Source: Tubiluchus corallicola
Lineage: Eukaryota > Animalia > Priapulida
Direction: 5' to 3'
Length of the DNA stretch: 64,000 bases
NCBI GenBank assembly: GCA_030141605.1
Contig: JAQGDQ010000167.1
Location: 149,877-213,876 of the forward strand
In this document: positions 25,060-38,656 of the stretch, in pieces
Position numbering within the stretch: position 1 is the stretch's first letter
Layout: every line of letters begins with the position of its first letter
Notes under the pieces: generated by a model
Databases searched by the model: none
The model's input: the letters and a program-made list of their open reading frames with translations, nothing else
What the model was told of the DNA's origin: nothing
Made by a program: the position numbers and the translations under genes

Positions 25060-26610
25060 TATCACACATCTTTGCAGCTGAATTGTTTGACCGCAACAAG
25101 GCGTTTCATAATGTCCATATATAGCCTCTTTGGAACATCAGCCTGTCCTACGGTAACCATGATAGCTATGTCAACATTTTCAAAAGCCTCTACACAAATC
25201 TCCCGTAGCTTAAACTTTTTCAACATCATCACTGGTGTGCGGCAAGGTTGCATTACGCTTCATGTGCTCTTTCTACTAGATGTTGATTTTATTCTGAAAG
25301 ATACGGAGAAATATGTGTAGCATGGAAAAATGAAATACAATTGAAAGACCTGAATTTTGCTGCCGATATTGTTCTGCTGGGTTAGAATGATGACGATGTG
25401 CATGTAGAGAAAAACACTGCATCTAGAGTAGAATGCTGGAAAAAATTGGACTGAAAATCAGTACAGAGAAGTTGAAAGTTACAAGCTTGTGGAGCAGTGA
25501 CAATCAAATTGCAGCAGCCATTCAAGTTAGTCAGGTGGATATAAATTTCAGCTGCCCCGGCAGCATGATCAGCTGTGATGGTGGCACTGTACTGAATGAA
25601 GATGATGTTAAAACAAAACCGGACCCAATCTTATACTGTATGTCAAAACAAACTACTCTTTAAAATGTTAAAAGGAAACATACTATTTTTTTCAAAAATT
25701 ACTTACGTGAAAGAATTATTACGACACAAACATAGTTTCGTGTTCGCGCCACTAGTTCTTCGCTGTCACATGTATTTTGCCGTTCGCTAGTTAGATGGAC
25801 GCTAGCACCTGCACTTGGAAGTGTGTTGAATGAAGAACAGGTGCTGCACCTCTCAGTTCAATGCTATTCGTTCGTTTGTGATACACACGTTCGAGAGCTT
25901 TTGCGTGAGTTTTAAAAAAAATAAATTTAAAATTTCAATTTTTATCTTAAATTTGCCGAGTTTTTTGTATACCACACTGTACTTCAATTTTCGCTTTCGC
26001 AAACACGTGCAATACGCTCGTGGAATGTAACATAATGTTGAAAATTATGTTAGTCATTTATGTCACCAATAGTTGGGCACGCCAACCGATAAGTTTTTAA
26101 TCTGTTTTAATACATACGTTTTATCGGATTTGAAAATGGAGTAGTATATGAAAAATCATCCGGTTTTTCTTTAACAGTAAAAGTCAGCAAGGCAGCTGCG
26201 ATTTTCCTAAGAATACTCCTCATCTGATCATTACCAAAACGAAGCTCCTCCGTCACTACAGCTGCTACCTCTGCTACTGAATAGGAAGAGCACAGCCAGG
26301 ATTGATAAGAAAGTGGCTGTTTTCCACCAAAGATGTCTGAGGAGAATTCTAAATGATAAGCGGATGAGAGCATCGAAAAGGACTTCAAGAATGTCAAAGT
26401 GTATCTGCCGTCTGAAATGATCGTCTGAGTGAATGATTTCCACCGGAAGGAATGTAGATGAGAGGAAGGCGATATGAAGACCACCTGACATAGAGCATTC
26501 CTTGATGACTTGAAACGAACCAACATTGCGAATTGCAGTTGACTGGGAAAAAATGTTGCCAACATGCAGCCTACGCAGTGTGTTCAGTACTAAGGAAACT
26601 AAATCTAAGT
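25060..26610 (+). mobile_element. Degenerate RTE-clade LINE (RT and C-terminus), interrupted by Kolobok-like element
   Basis: TGVRQGC..LFLLDVDFIL, DLNFAADIVLL (degenerate FADD), GLKISTEK, and VFHQRCLRRIL after the insertion; many stops and frameshifts. Confidence 0.85.
25612..26170 (-). mobile_element. Non-autonomous Kolobok-like element, family C, copy 2, nested in RTE LINE
   Basis: TTAA at 25608-25611 and 26171-26174; terminus aatcatccggtttttct. Confidence 0.8.
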
Positions 26611-26632
26611 ATGTAAACAAGTTTCCCGGCCT

Positions 26633-26872
<240 letters not shown>

Positions 26873-26989
26873 GCACGCACGCGCGCGTGCACCCTTCCTC
26901 ACTTTAATCCATCTTGGTTGTTTTTTACTTCTCTGTCAAATGATATAATGCTTAGTATGTAGCCAAATCACCCAAATGTTATTTTGAGA

Positions 26990-27070
26990 ACTTGAATGAA
27001 TGAATGAATGCAATTGCGTCTTGAATCAAGATGGCAGCTGCTGTTCGTCAGTCGACAGCCGTTGTGCTAG
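26990..27070 (+). promoter_or_regulatory. Candidate first exon/promoter of CAPS
   Basis: YY1-like CAAGATGGCAGC at 27027, donor tag|gtatgc at 27071, upstream (CT)n tract; the ATG exon has an acceptor at 28955 and so needs an upstream exon. Confidence 0.5.
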
Positions 27071-27199
27071 GTATGCATAAAAGCAGAAAAATTACATAAT
27101 GTTACGACTGGTAACTGCACGTATTGTATGTATGTGAAAATTCGCAAGTTGATGTGTAATAAATCTCTTTTTCCGTGTGAATAACATAACAACGGCTGA

Positions 27200-27565
27200 T
27201 TCCTCACAAGGTCCATGTGTATGCTTCTGCTATGGCTTTCTTCATTTAATGGTTTAACACAATGGTTTAACATAATTATTCTTCTCATCCTTGCATTTAA
27301 ACTAACTAAACTACTGACATTGAGAAATTGATTCCGTACACCATAATTGTGAATCCCACGTCGCAAAAGACTTGAACATGTTGATTTAGCAAGGTTTCTT
27401 AATTTCGATAGATGCATGTAAGTAGCTTAATTGCTCTGTGTGTCTTCCTGCACATCTTAACAAGTGCTAATTATGTAGTATGCTAATAGTTGTACTGTAT
27501 TTTAATTTTTTTAATGAATGTCTTTTTATGTACTAATAGAAGCGAATAAACTAAGCTAAACTAAA
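27200..27565 (+). mobile_element. LINE 3' end fragment
   Basis: AATAAA followed by a (CTAAA)n-like tail; similar tail near 39930-39965. Confidence 0.4.
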
Positions 27566-27999
27566 TGCCATTGCCAGGCTGGCCACCACGTCAACATAAC
27601 TTAAATATTTGTATTACTTAATTTGTTTACAAATGGCTTCTCACACAGAACTCTAGTAATTATTAACCGAACATTATTGTATTTTAAAGTTAATAACCCA
27701 ATCTTCAAGCTTCCCAAAGTCTGTAACTACCACTTTTTAAAATTTATGACGTTTTTAAAATCCATCTATTTGTAAATATATGTACACTTTTTAATTTTGT
27801 CACTGTAGCGAAATACAGGTATGTATTTTTATTTTACAATAAACTGTTTTCTTTCACTCGCTGTAAATTTCTTCTCAAGAACAACCGGTATGTACAAGAA
27901 AAATATAAAGAAAATATTGAGTTATTGGAATTACATCCAATCCTGATAATACTTTGTACTATCGACGACATCTGTATTTGTATCTGTGTTCAACGGCAA

Positions 28000-28200
28000 T
28001 GTTAGGCAAGCCCACGCGAGATATTGCTTCAGATGTGGATTACATGCGTCTGGTATGTTTTAAAAGTCTAAGTTTCAAATTTCCCTTCAGACCTTTCAGC
28101 TATGGATTACAACACGCATGCGTGTAAAAGCATAGTCGCCATTTGTTACTGTCTGCTGTAGTTTACTGTGGTTTTTTGTATGGTATTCTCTGTTATCGTG
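28000..28200 (+). promoter_or_regulatory. Second candidate CAPS promoter
   Basis: NRF1-like ACGCATGCGT, repeated GGATTACA, CGCCATTTG; no convincing donor located. Confidence 0.3.
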
Positions 28201-28987
28201 GTTTAGAGTTGTCTACAAAATGTGAAATTCGTGATGACATTTTCGGGAGATGAAAGCACCTATGTTAGTAAACCTTACCTCTGACATAAAATGAATTACA
28301 GTAAAAAAGTTATTTTGGCAATTCAATGTTAGAATTAGAAGAAATGCGAATGTCTAAAATTCGAATATAGCTTGTAATGTTGTATAAAACGAACTCATGA
28401 TCATGTGGTGCCTGCTTTGGCATCTATAAATGGTGTTCGTCTATCTTTTTCGATTGTTTACTTAGGTTTAGGTAATGTCAGATGTAGGCTGGCTGCATTT
28501 TTTAGATTGAAGAATGAAACTGGTAGCGTGGATTGTTGCATGCATTTTATATTTTATTTATAAAACTGGCTTCTAAAGCTTCTCTGACTGTGGTAAAACC
28601 ATCAGTTGCTACTTAGAAATATTTAAATCAGTTCCTTCAATTGTTTATTTGTTGGTAAAATATACTGTTTAAAAATTAATAAAGAATAATGCCACTATTG
28701 CCAGACAATTATTTGGTAGTAATGACTAAGACAAGATAACTGCATGCTCGAGCAAACTGTTCCAGTGATGCTCAACGCAGTGTATAATTTATGCAGTTTG
28801 CAGTTAATTTAATTACGTGATCATGAAATGTTTGGCAAAAAATGCACTGTTTATTAAACTTTCCTTACTTAATTATCTGCCTATATATGATGCTATCAAC
28901 AAATAATTGTTTTATTGATAACTTTAAATATTAATATGGGTATATAATTTTGCAGGTGATGTTTAGAAGCTCAGTCCATTATTAACA

Positions 28988-29776
28988 ATGTTAGATCCAT
29001 CCTCAAGTGAAGAGGAAAGTGATACAGGTGATATTGAGGATGAGCAAGGGTCGGACACTCTCAGCATCCCACCTCAAGCTCGTAGTGTATCACCTGCGAG
29101 CGACACTCTTAGCCTTAGCGGGACATCTAAACCGCCGCCCAGCAATGCACGGCCTTCCAGTCCTAGCCCTTCAATCGTCAGTGAAAAAGAAAAAAAAGAG
29201 GATTTGGAGAAAGCGGAGAAAGAAAAGGAGGAGCAAAAACTGAGACTGCAGATATATGTTTTTGTATGTCGCAGCATCGCGTATCCGTTTAATGCTAAAC
29301 ATCCGACCGACATGAGCCGGAGACAGCTGAAAATTACCAAACAAAATTTAACTCAGATAAAGGACCGATTTCAGGCATTTTTGAATGGGGAAACCCAGAT
29401 CCAGGCAGATGAAGCATTCACAAATGCTGTGCAGTCGTACTATGAGGTGTTTTTGAAGAGCGACAGAATCTCCAAAATGGTGGGCAGCGGCGGCTGCTCA
29501 GCGACAGATTTCCGTGAAGTGTTCAAGAACAATATTGAGAAGAGAGTTCGCAGTCTGCCTGAGATCGATGGCCTCAGTAAGGAAACTGTGCTTAGTTCAT
29601 GGATGAATAAATTTGATCAGATATACCGAGGCGAGGAGGATCCCAGAAAGACTTCCTCCCGAACACAAGCCAATGCTTCCGAGCTCATGTTGAATAAAGA
29701 ACAGTTGTATGATGTTTTCCAGACGATACTTGGCGTGAAGAAGTTTGAGCACCAACTTCTGTATAACGCATTACAG
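28988..29776 (+). CDS. CADPS: CAPS coding exon 1
   Basis: acceptor ends 28955, ATG 28988, cag|gtaagc donor. Confidence 0.96.
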
Positions 29777-32202
29777 GTAAGCTTTTGTCATTTTCTAATT
29801 TTATGTACAGTTAACCATACCTATAAAAGCTAGTTGTACATCTATATGGGATTGGAGAAAATGTTGAATATATTGAAAATATTGCCTTCCTAAAACAAAA
29901 CCTAATTTATCATGAAGTTTGACTATGAAACAACATGTTTCCAAAGTAGTGGAGGGAATCAAATTTAAAGTGTCTGTACTAGCAGTAGCATGATGATGCT
30001 TAATTTATTTAGTGTCCTAATGTTTCAGTAATATAAAGTTCCTTCATCATTGTCCAAAGTGAACACAAAAAAGTATCTTTTAAACAAATAAATGTGCCAA
30101 ACTAATTTGTAAAAGTGCTTAAATGCAACTTCTCAACAAAATGACAGTATGCTAAATAGTTACCATATATGCTTTTTTGCCATATGTACAGTACATGTGT
30201 CTAAGATTGTTTGTTTTGTTGTGGCTTTTCTTTTGGAAAGTTAGAACTGTCAAAATACTAACATTGCTGATGAAAGACTCCATTTATTTTCTAACAAATC
30301 AGGTACCAAGCTCGGTGGAAATTTAGCAGTTTTTTTTCTGGAAATGGGGACAGGGAGCTAAAAAACCTTTTTCCATTTTTACAATGTGTAGAGAACCCTA
30401 TAAAATATTTAATTTTGACAACATTACATAGCATATTTTTTTCTATTTAGGTTTTTTACCATATCTATATTTAACAGTAATGTTAAATGACAAAAACTTT
30501 TTTGCCCGTTAAGCTAGTCTCTAAGGCCATACGAGCTGCGTGGAGGATAAGTAATTGTATCCAGTGGCATCATTAGAAATGAATACAACAGAACTTTTAA
30601 CAAGCAAGAGTTAACCTCCTTGTTGAATTTTGCATAAAAAATATTGAAATGCTTACTGCATACATTTTGTTCAAATATATGTGTATTTCATCTGGTTTCT
30701 TTTGTATTTTTCCTTTTTGTTAAATTGGTTTGTTCGGTTGGTACACAAGTAGGTGGAATGGTTCAAATCTAGCATGCACCAGCAAGAATGTCATTGACAT
30801 GGCGGCACCCTCATATTAACAAGCAAGTGAAAACATTTAGACGTTTAGATGCTTCTCTGACAACCAGTTTAATTTAAACTATACCGTGAATAATTTGTTG
30901 ACAATTTACATATGCTTAACTGCACACGACGACTCGGAAAAGATACAGTTGTTCCATTATGGAGACGTGGTAAACATGACAAGCTTCCTTTATCGGCCAC
31001 GTGGACCACTGTACAGTGGACTTCTGCCTGTCCTAACGAAGACATACCGAAATATCTAGAGGACCAAGTGCTCTTGAAGTTGCACCCTGCCAAGTCATTG
31101 TACATTGCTTGCCTTTAGTTGTGCACTTGTTAAGGCATAATTTGTCAGACCTGAAAAAATCTATTACAAAAATAATACCATTGGAATATAGTAATTTGAA
31201 ACATCTATTGTTTGTCAGTCCTGGTAATCAAATTCTGTTTATTACATCAGAGCAACCAAGTCAATTGCTTGTTTTTGCTCGGGAGCTTCTGGGTTTAATT
31301 TCGTTGCACTGCTGAAAGATTCTGGATCTTAAATACTGTATTTAGTTAGATGGTGATTTGAACTTGTTATGGAACCAATGTATTTATTTTTTTGTGCAAA
31401 AATTAGGTGGGTGGTCATGTTGGGTGCGTGGGTGAGTGGTCATGTTGTCGCGTTTAGCACCGAATTTTAGAAAGGCGCCGAGACTGGTCAATGAAATTGA
31501 TGTCAGTGGTCAGTGGATGGATGAACCAGTCTCTGCGTGGTTTCATTCTTAATACTGATTCCTGCTGTTGCTTATAAAAGGACACTTGCAAAGTATTCAC
31601 ATATGATAATAGCTAGAGCACCTCTTTGGGTTATCACAGTGCCTTAGTTTTGACAATGGCTAAGCTTCTGGTTTTACCATGGCCATTCAGTTTGAGTGGG
31701 ACCTGTTTGGATTCTGTCTGGCAGAAAATGCGACCTACAAAAACATTTACAGCGCCCAATGCAGGAGGATTTAAATCAGTGTTTCCTGAAGTCATATCAC
31801 CCCCTTGATGGCATTCGAAAGATCTGGGGGAGGGGGGAGGCAGACGGTGGCGATACAGACAGAGCATTAGCAGCAGTTAATAAAAAAAACTTTATACGTT
31901 TTTTACTAAATCTGAATGACAAAATACGGGTGTTTGGAATGTCATTGTGCACTTATTCATTCAGCATTCGTTCAGTCTATTTCAAGCAAGCAACTGTGTT
32001 TAGAAACAAAATAAGAACGATCCAAGCCTGTATTCATGCTAACGGGGGTTACTTTCAACGTTAATAATTACCTCTGTCATTGTCATTCATATTTACCTTT
32101 TGTATTCTATATTGAAACATGTCTATTAATAACTATAATATATACATACATACATACATACATACATACATACATACATACATACATACATACATACATA
32201 CA

Positions 32203-32238
<36 letters not shown>

Positions 32239-35200
32239 TATATAAGCACACAGTGACTTTCTGGACATCCTGTATTAGTCTAAACACTAATTTGAAGGAA
32301 CACCTATAGAGTTTAATATAGAATTGGCTGACATAAGAATGATAAACGAATGCTTGGTGTTTTCAATTTGAAGCGAACCAAAATGAGAAAAAGTGTGTGT
32401 TCGCATGTGTGTATGTTTTTGTTTAGGGAACTATGTACCCAAACAATATAAATTTGGACTAAAATAAGTGTTCTTGCTCGTTGTTACTCCACTAATATAT
32501 TGTATATTTAAAAAATTTTCGTCTAAATCTACCACTACTACTGTATGGGGAGAGGGGGCGCTAGGAATCCATATGGAAGCCAAGGTAGTGCCAGCCTGGC
32601 AAAGTTTGGGAACCGCTGATTTAGATGGTTGGTTCTGTGCATCATTTGACTTCACTCTAGAGTCTAGACCCACACAATTGAAGAGCGTGTCTGAGAATAC
32701 TCAGTTCAGTTCTCAATACTCAGTTCAATCGCGGTAATTGAAGTCAACTTGCTTGCACAGCACCTCTATAAACAAGTCATCACTGTCACGTCCTCTATAA
32801 ACAAAGTCATCACTATCACGCTGCGGCTAAGATGACGGTTTTCAATATTCTCCTATAGTGTCAATGCTGATCAGCCTCAGCTCCATGGAACCCATTGTAC
32901 TGCAGGCTTGCTGGTATGTGGTATTGATCCAGTATATACCAGTATTAAGCCTGCCTCCTCGTATTGTGAATCCTCGCGGCATAAAGCTATATATATTACA
33001 TCAGGCATACAAACACCCGGGTCAACAGAGTGCCGCTTGGAAAATATTTGAGTTTAATTGTGGGGATGCTGTAAGACATAATAGGATTTGTGTTATTTCG
33101 AAAGGCATGATCCTATGAGGGGACTCATTAGTCGAGCAGCTGCAGTGGAGACGCTTAGTGTCATGTTCTCTGACTAATGGTGTTTCACATGGGACTTTGT
33201 AAGAGGGCTTTTTAAATCTTTAATAGGTTTGGCACCTCTCGTTTGTCTAGGAAAGCTTCTGCTATCCTTTTCACAGTTCCAGCGATTGATGATGAGGTCG
33301 TAAAAAGGTCAAAGGTTAAGTGAACCAGACAACACATTTGTGTACACTTGAAATGACTCGCAGTCCAAGCTGTTGTAATTCTAACAGTTTTAACAGCTAA
33401 CTAGAACCTGACCTAGTTCATTTTTTCTTGTTCCCGAGCAAGATCCTGCTAGTAATTCACTCTATGCACAACTAAAGGGTAACTAAGTAAAGTCCATGTA
33501 AAACAACTGAAGTTACTGAACTGATGTGACAGACGGCTTTGCTTTACACACGTCACGTGAGTAAAGCAATGCCGTCTGCTGTATTAGTTAAGTAATGTCA
33601 GTTGTTTTACGTGGACTTAACTTAATTATCCATTAGTTTGTGCACAGATTGGTTTAATGGCAGGATCTTGCTTGGGAACAAGAAAAAATGAACTAGATAA
33701 GGTTCTAGCTAGCTCTTAAAGCTATTTCTATCACAAAATCATGGGCCGCGAGGCGTTGTCAGGTGTACACAAATGCCTTGTCTGGTACACTTTCACCCTT
33801 TCACGATCATCATTAATTGCTGGAACTGTGAAAATGCTTATTACTACATCTCTGTTTATTATAATGGCTTGAGTTAGAAAGATATTCCACAACTTGCAAG
33901 GTTATTTTTTATATTATTAGGGTAGCTGTTAAGGGAGCCCAGGGAGTGACATTGATAACTGTAGACAGAGTCCCATCTTTTCACCATTCTTCACATGGCG
34001 AGTTATATAACCGGTTATTAAGCGCAGGTCTTACCTCGGATTCCCGACTGTCGGATCATGCCGGAATTTACTGTCGACTCTGCGATGCCACGCCGAAGCC
34101 ATCGAATTCATTTTCGCTTTTCCGGATCCGCCAGTCGGATTTACGAGTTGTTGTCTGCTTGAGTTGGAAACGAATCGTCGTTACGTCGACAGCTCATCTC
34201 GTAAAATACAGTGCGCCCGAATTAATTCTTGAGAATAATTCGTTGTTGGGTTGCATTTGTTTAGTAAAGTGGCTTCGTTTGGTTGTCAATACCGCCCAGC
34301 TGACTTTAATTTTATAAATCATTACATTCGGTGTTTTATACTTTTTTACACTTTTTACTTACGTAGGGTTGTATAGAACCTTACAATAAGCTTCTCTAGA
34401 ACTCAGTCCGGGCACTTATTTCTAAGGTGGTCCAGCTTATTACCCATATAAGGCTTCGTTAAATCCATGTGTTTGATCGAAGAACCAGCGGTACCATTTT
34501 GCGTCATTTTTATGGCTCGACCGGGAACTGAACGGGCGACCTCGTGGGTAGTACGCTACCATTGAGCTACGTCACCCAGTATAATGTCAATGACACTGTT
34601 CACTTATCTAGGGTTTTATAGAACAGTACAATAAGTTTTTTAGAATGTAGTCTGGGCACTTATTTCTAAAGTGGTTTCGTTTATTAATACCCACAGCGTG
34701 CTTCGATAAATCTCACCGCGTGCTTGTTCGAAGAACCAGCGTTATCTTTTTGCAAGTCTTTGGTGTGATTTGACTACGAACTGAACTCGCGACCACTGAG
34801 CTATACACCCTGGTCTAAAGTAATCTAATGCATTGTGATTAGATACTATTATTGAATTGCCATTGAATCCAAATAAAGCAAAGAGTAGCTGCAGTGTCTT
34901 CCGTGACACTTCAGCTACTTTTTTGAAACTCATTTTCGGTGCCATAAAACATTCACTGACATTTTGTCATTGACATCAAATCTGCTCACCCAGCTGTTAG
35001 ATGTGTGTGCACGTGTGGCAGGAACATGATTACCTGGTGCGTTGATAACCCAAGAAAACGTGCATTCACTGCTATGAGGTTTCGCATGTTTGCTTCTCTT
35101 AAATGGGTTGATACTTCCTGGGTTCGATACTTGTGGTGGGTTGTTTCATTCGTCATCTTGAGATTCACGTAATGAGCTGGGTTCCGGTAATGCCACAAAC

Positions 35201-35600
35201 AGTGTGTTGCGTGCATTTGAATTCTGGCTTGCAGCGCACCAAGGTGTATAAAAATTCATCGAAGCAGTTGACGTATATGTGCAGGAGGCAGGGGCGGATT
35301 AAAGGTTTCAAAGGCTTAAGGCTATCAAACAAACGAAGGACCTAAACATATAAGATATGCACGGTATGGTCTTGTGATAACGGGTCCACTTTCTATCTTA
35401 AAGGTCGTGAGTTCGATACTGCTGTCTGGTCATACCAAATATTTTAAATATGGTACCTGCTTCTTTTGCCTGCCTGGCACGTGGTATTTAGGGTAGAAGT
35501 GAGGTAATAATAATCTCTTCAAAATGTGTAGTTTGTTATTTATAATCGGCTCATGGCAGGCTTGTGTTGTCTGTTGAATTTAAAACTGATTTTAAATAAA

Positions 35601-35640
<40 letters not shown>

Positions 35641-38625
35641 TTTAATATTGTTATCATTATCATCATTATTGTTCTTATGTACAACTCTACATCCAATTGT
35701 GCTTCACTGCTGGTCCTGAAATTTATTCACACGGGAAAATTTGAGCACAAAACTGAATCTGTTTGGTTAAATATTTCTTAAAAATATATCAGACTCATAC
35801 ACAGGTCAGATTGCAATCAAACTTCTCAGAAACTATTAAAAATGTTACGGAGCTCTTCTTCAATTTTTGTATAGACTTATCAGGATCTTTTCCCGTTACT
35901 CTTGATGAATGGGAATGATTTTGTCTGTCGTGGATTTTCGCCTTGGTTAATCAAAAAGCGAGTTGCTGTTCATCATTGTGGTTACTTCTGACGAGGAAAC
36001 GTTGGACAACGAGAGATATGCTGCGCATGCCTAAATGTCCTACTCTTACAAGCTTCAAATTCTTGTGTCTCAACGGCCTATGTGTCCAAATGATCTAAGT
36101 TGGGTGGTCAAATGTGGGTTTATATTGTTTACAATATAGGGTCATTCACTCAAGTGCTTACTGGCATTACATAAAAAAGAAAACTAAATATCCTTGCCTT
36201 TTACGCGTCCAGTTTAAATAATTTTGTTGTACTGTTCTACAACTAGCATTATCGTTATTTGTGTTCAGTCTCAGGATGACCACGGCCTATCAAAATTTAG
36301 AGTCTAAGCCTATAGCCTTATTAGTCTAACGTTTAATCCGCCCTTGTGTGGCAGGGGTCAACAAGGATACCTGTTTGCAACAAAGGTTTTTTATTGCTTT
36401 TTCGAAACTCTACTTTTCTATTGCATTTGCTGCTTAGCTAAGAATGCAAGCAGAGTGAAGCATTTGGCTTCAGTACGCCTGTGATATCAGCCCACCTAAT
36501 TAATGTAGACGATTGAAAGCGACGTTGTGTGTGGGTTTCATCTAGCCCAGTGGTCAATATAAATGCGATGTGTCTTATTATTGATTGATCCAGCAGCACT
36601 GAGCCGCTAATGTTTGCACATCTACATACTGATGTATTAACTGTAAAGTGTTGAGTTTGTCACTTAGCAGATCACGTTTGACAGCGTGGCGATTGCAACC
36701 GACTTCCGGTTTGTGGCGCTATTTTAGGCCCTAATCTCAGAACTCTATCTGACCAATGTTTTCGTACAGGTCGGCCGTGTCTTAGCTGAGTCTGAATTAC
36801 CAGCTAACTCTAATATTTATAATTTTGTGATAGAATAATGTACTGAAATTGTGTTCTTGCACTTCATGGTTTCATATTTTTCTGTTTTGCATTATCAATA
36901 ATTTTTGTAGTGTCTACTGAAGAAAGGCACATGAAATTTTCATTTCTACACACACAAATAAACCCAAAAAGTTTCGTTGTTATTAGTTCGCATGAATGAT
37001 GTTTGCTTTCTTTCAGTGTCTGCTCTTTCGTTCACTTATTCATACATTCTTTCCCTTCCTTCATTTTTTCTTTCATTTGCCCTTTTTGTCCATTTATAAT
37101 TGGTCGTCCAAAAAAACTGTTTTTTCCCAAATAAACTCGCAATTCCATCCAGGCAGAGACATTTGTAAGCCATATAGCCCGGTTTCTCCTCTTCCCAATC
37201 GAACTATAAATTTCCCTCCAAAGTTCCATCAAGCGACATTAGGACGGTTTTTGTTGATTCTGTTCTGGCACAAAAGGCAGTTTTGGAGGTTTTCCACACG
37301 CCGTTTCTAGTGGAGGTAGGTGGAGATCTTGGAGGAAATTTATAGCTGTTAGGAAAGACGTTTGCTACACGATGTGGCTCTCTTTTGCAAAAGCCTCTAC
37401 TAGGATGAAAGACTGCTAGTTTATTTTTCAGGAGAACGTTTTTTCTCTGGGCGCCCTATGTATTGGTTCTAGTTTTTTGTACCCATTCATGCCAGGCGTC
37501 TGCTTTTATCTATTCAGACAGAAATGATTTAGGATCGCAGTGGAAATCGCAGACGTTTTCAATCTGCATTACCTTTGCATTACTTAGCAAAATCGAATAG
37601 AGTAAATGGATATTTTCTTCTTGTTTCTTGTGGCCCATTTGTGTCTCTTATCTGCTTTGACCTTGATGCGTAAGAAGCCATTGATAAGACCGACCTAGTT
37701 GTTAGTCGGTTTCACCATCAGCGTGCACTTTGCATGCTTCAAGTAACAAAGGGGTTATGAATACTACCATGTCATGCCTAATTAATTCTTTTGTCTGTGA
37801 TCGATTAGCATGCGTCTTTTAATCGTTATGCCATGGCATCGATTGATTTTCGATCAGAAGCCTGCGATCGTTTTTGTGTCGCCGCCCGACGATCAATAGT
37901 GATGGATTTTGTGAGTAATCAGATTATGTTACGTTGCTTTCGTGCGCTAGAAGATGGAAATACTTGTTTTGCTGGAGTTATTAGCAGGGGCACTTCTAGG
38001 CTTCAGTTGATTGGAACTACCAGGGGCATCTCCAGGCTGTAGGTGGTTGAAGTCATCGGGCATGTCCAAACTCTAGTTGACTGGGGCCGTCAGAAGCACC
38101 TCCAGGCTCTGGTTGATACTGTGGCCATCAGAGGCACCTCCAGGCTTCAGTTGATTGGACCCGCCTCCAAGTTGATTGGAATCATCAGGGGCAACTTATG
38201 TCCTAGTTGACTGACGCCATCAGGACATCTCCAGGCTCTGGTTGATATTGTGGCCATCAGGGGCACCTCCAGGATTCAGTTGATTGGAGGCATCAGGAAC
38301 AACCATGATAAAAACTTGAATAAGACAACATATTAATGTAATAAATGATTGATGATGAGAATTTGATGATATGCAATTTTAAGGCAGCCTTTCGTAAAGG
38401 ATGGCAACTGTCAATGATAATGTGTGGTGGTATTGCACTTACTGCACTCGTATAAGCTGTAAATGAGTAGCTGCTGTGTCTTGTATAGAATTCTGACACA
38501 TCTCACCATCTGCTGCAGCATCTTAGAATTTATAATTTCTTCATTATCGTAAACTTGCAATTTGGGAATGTCTTAATAATATTGGTAGTGATAGTGGTTG
38601 TGATTGTAATGGTGTGATGGTGATA

Positions 38626-38656
<31 letters not shown>

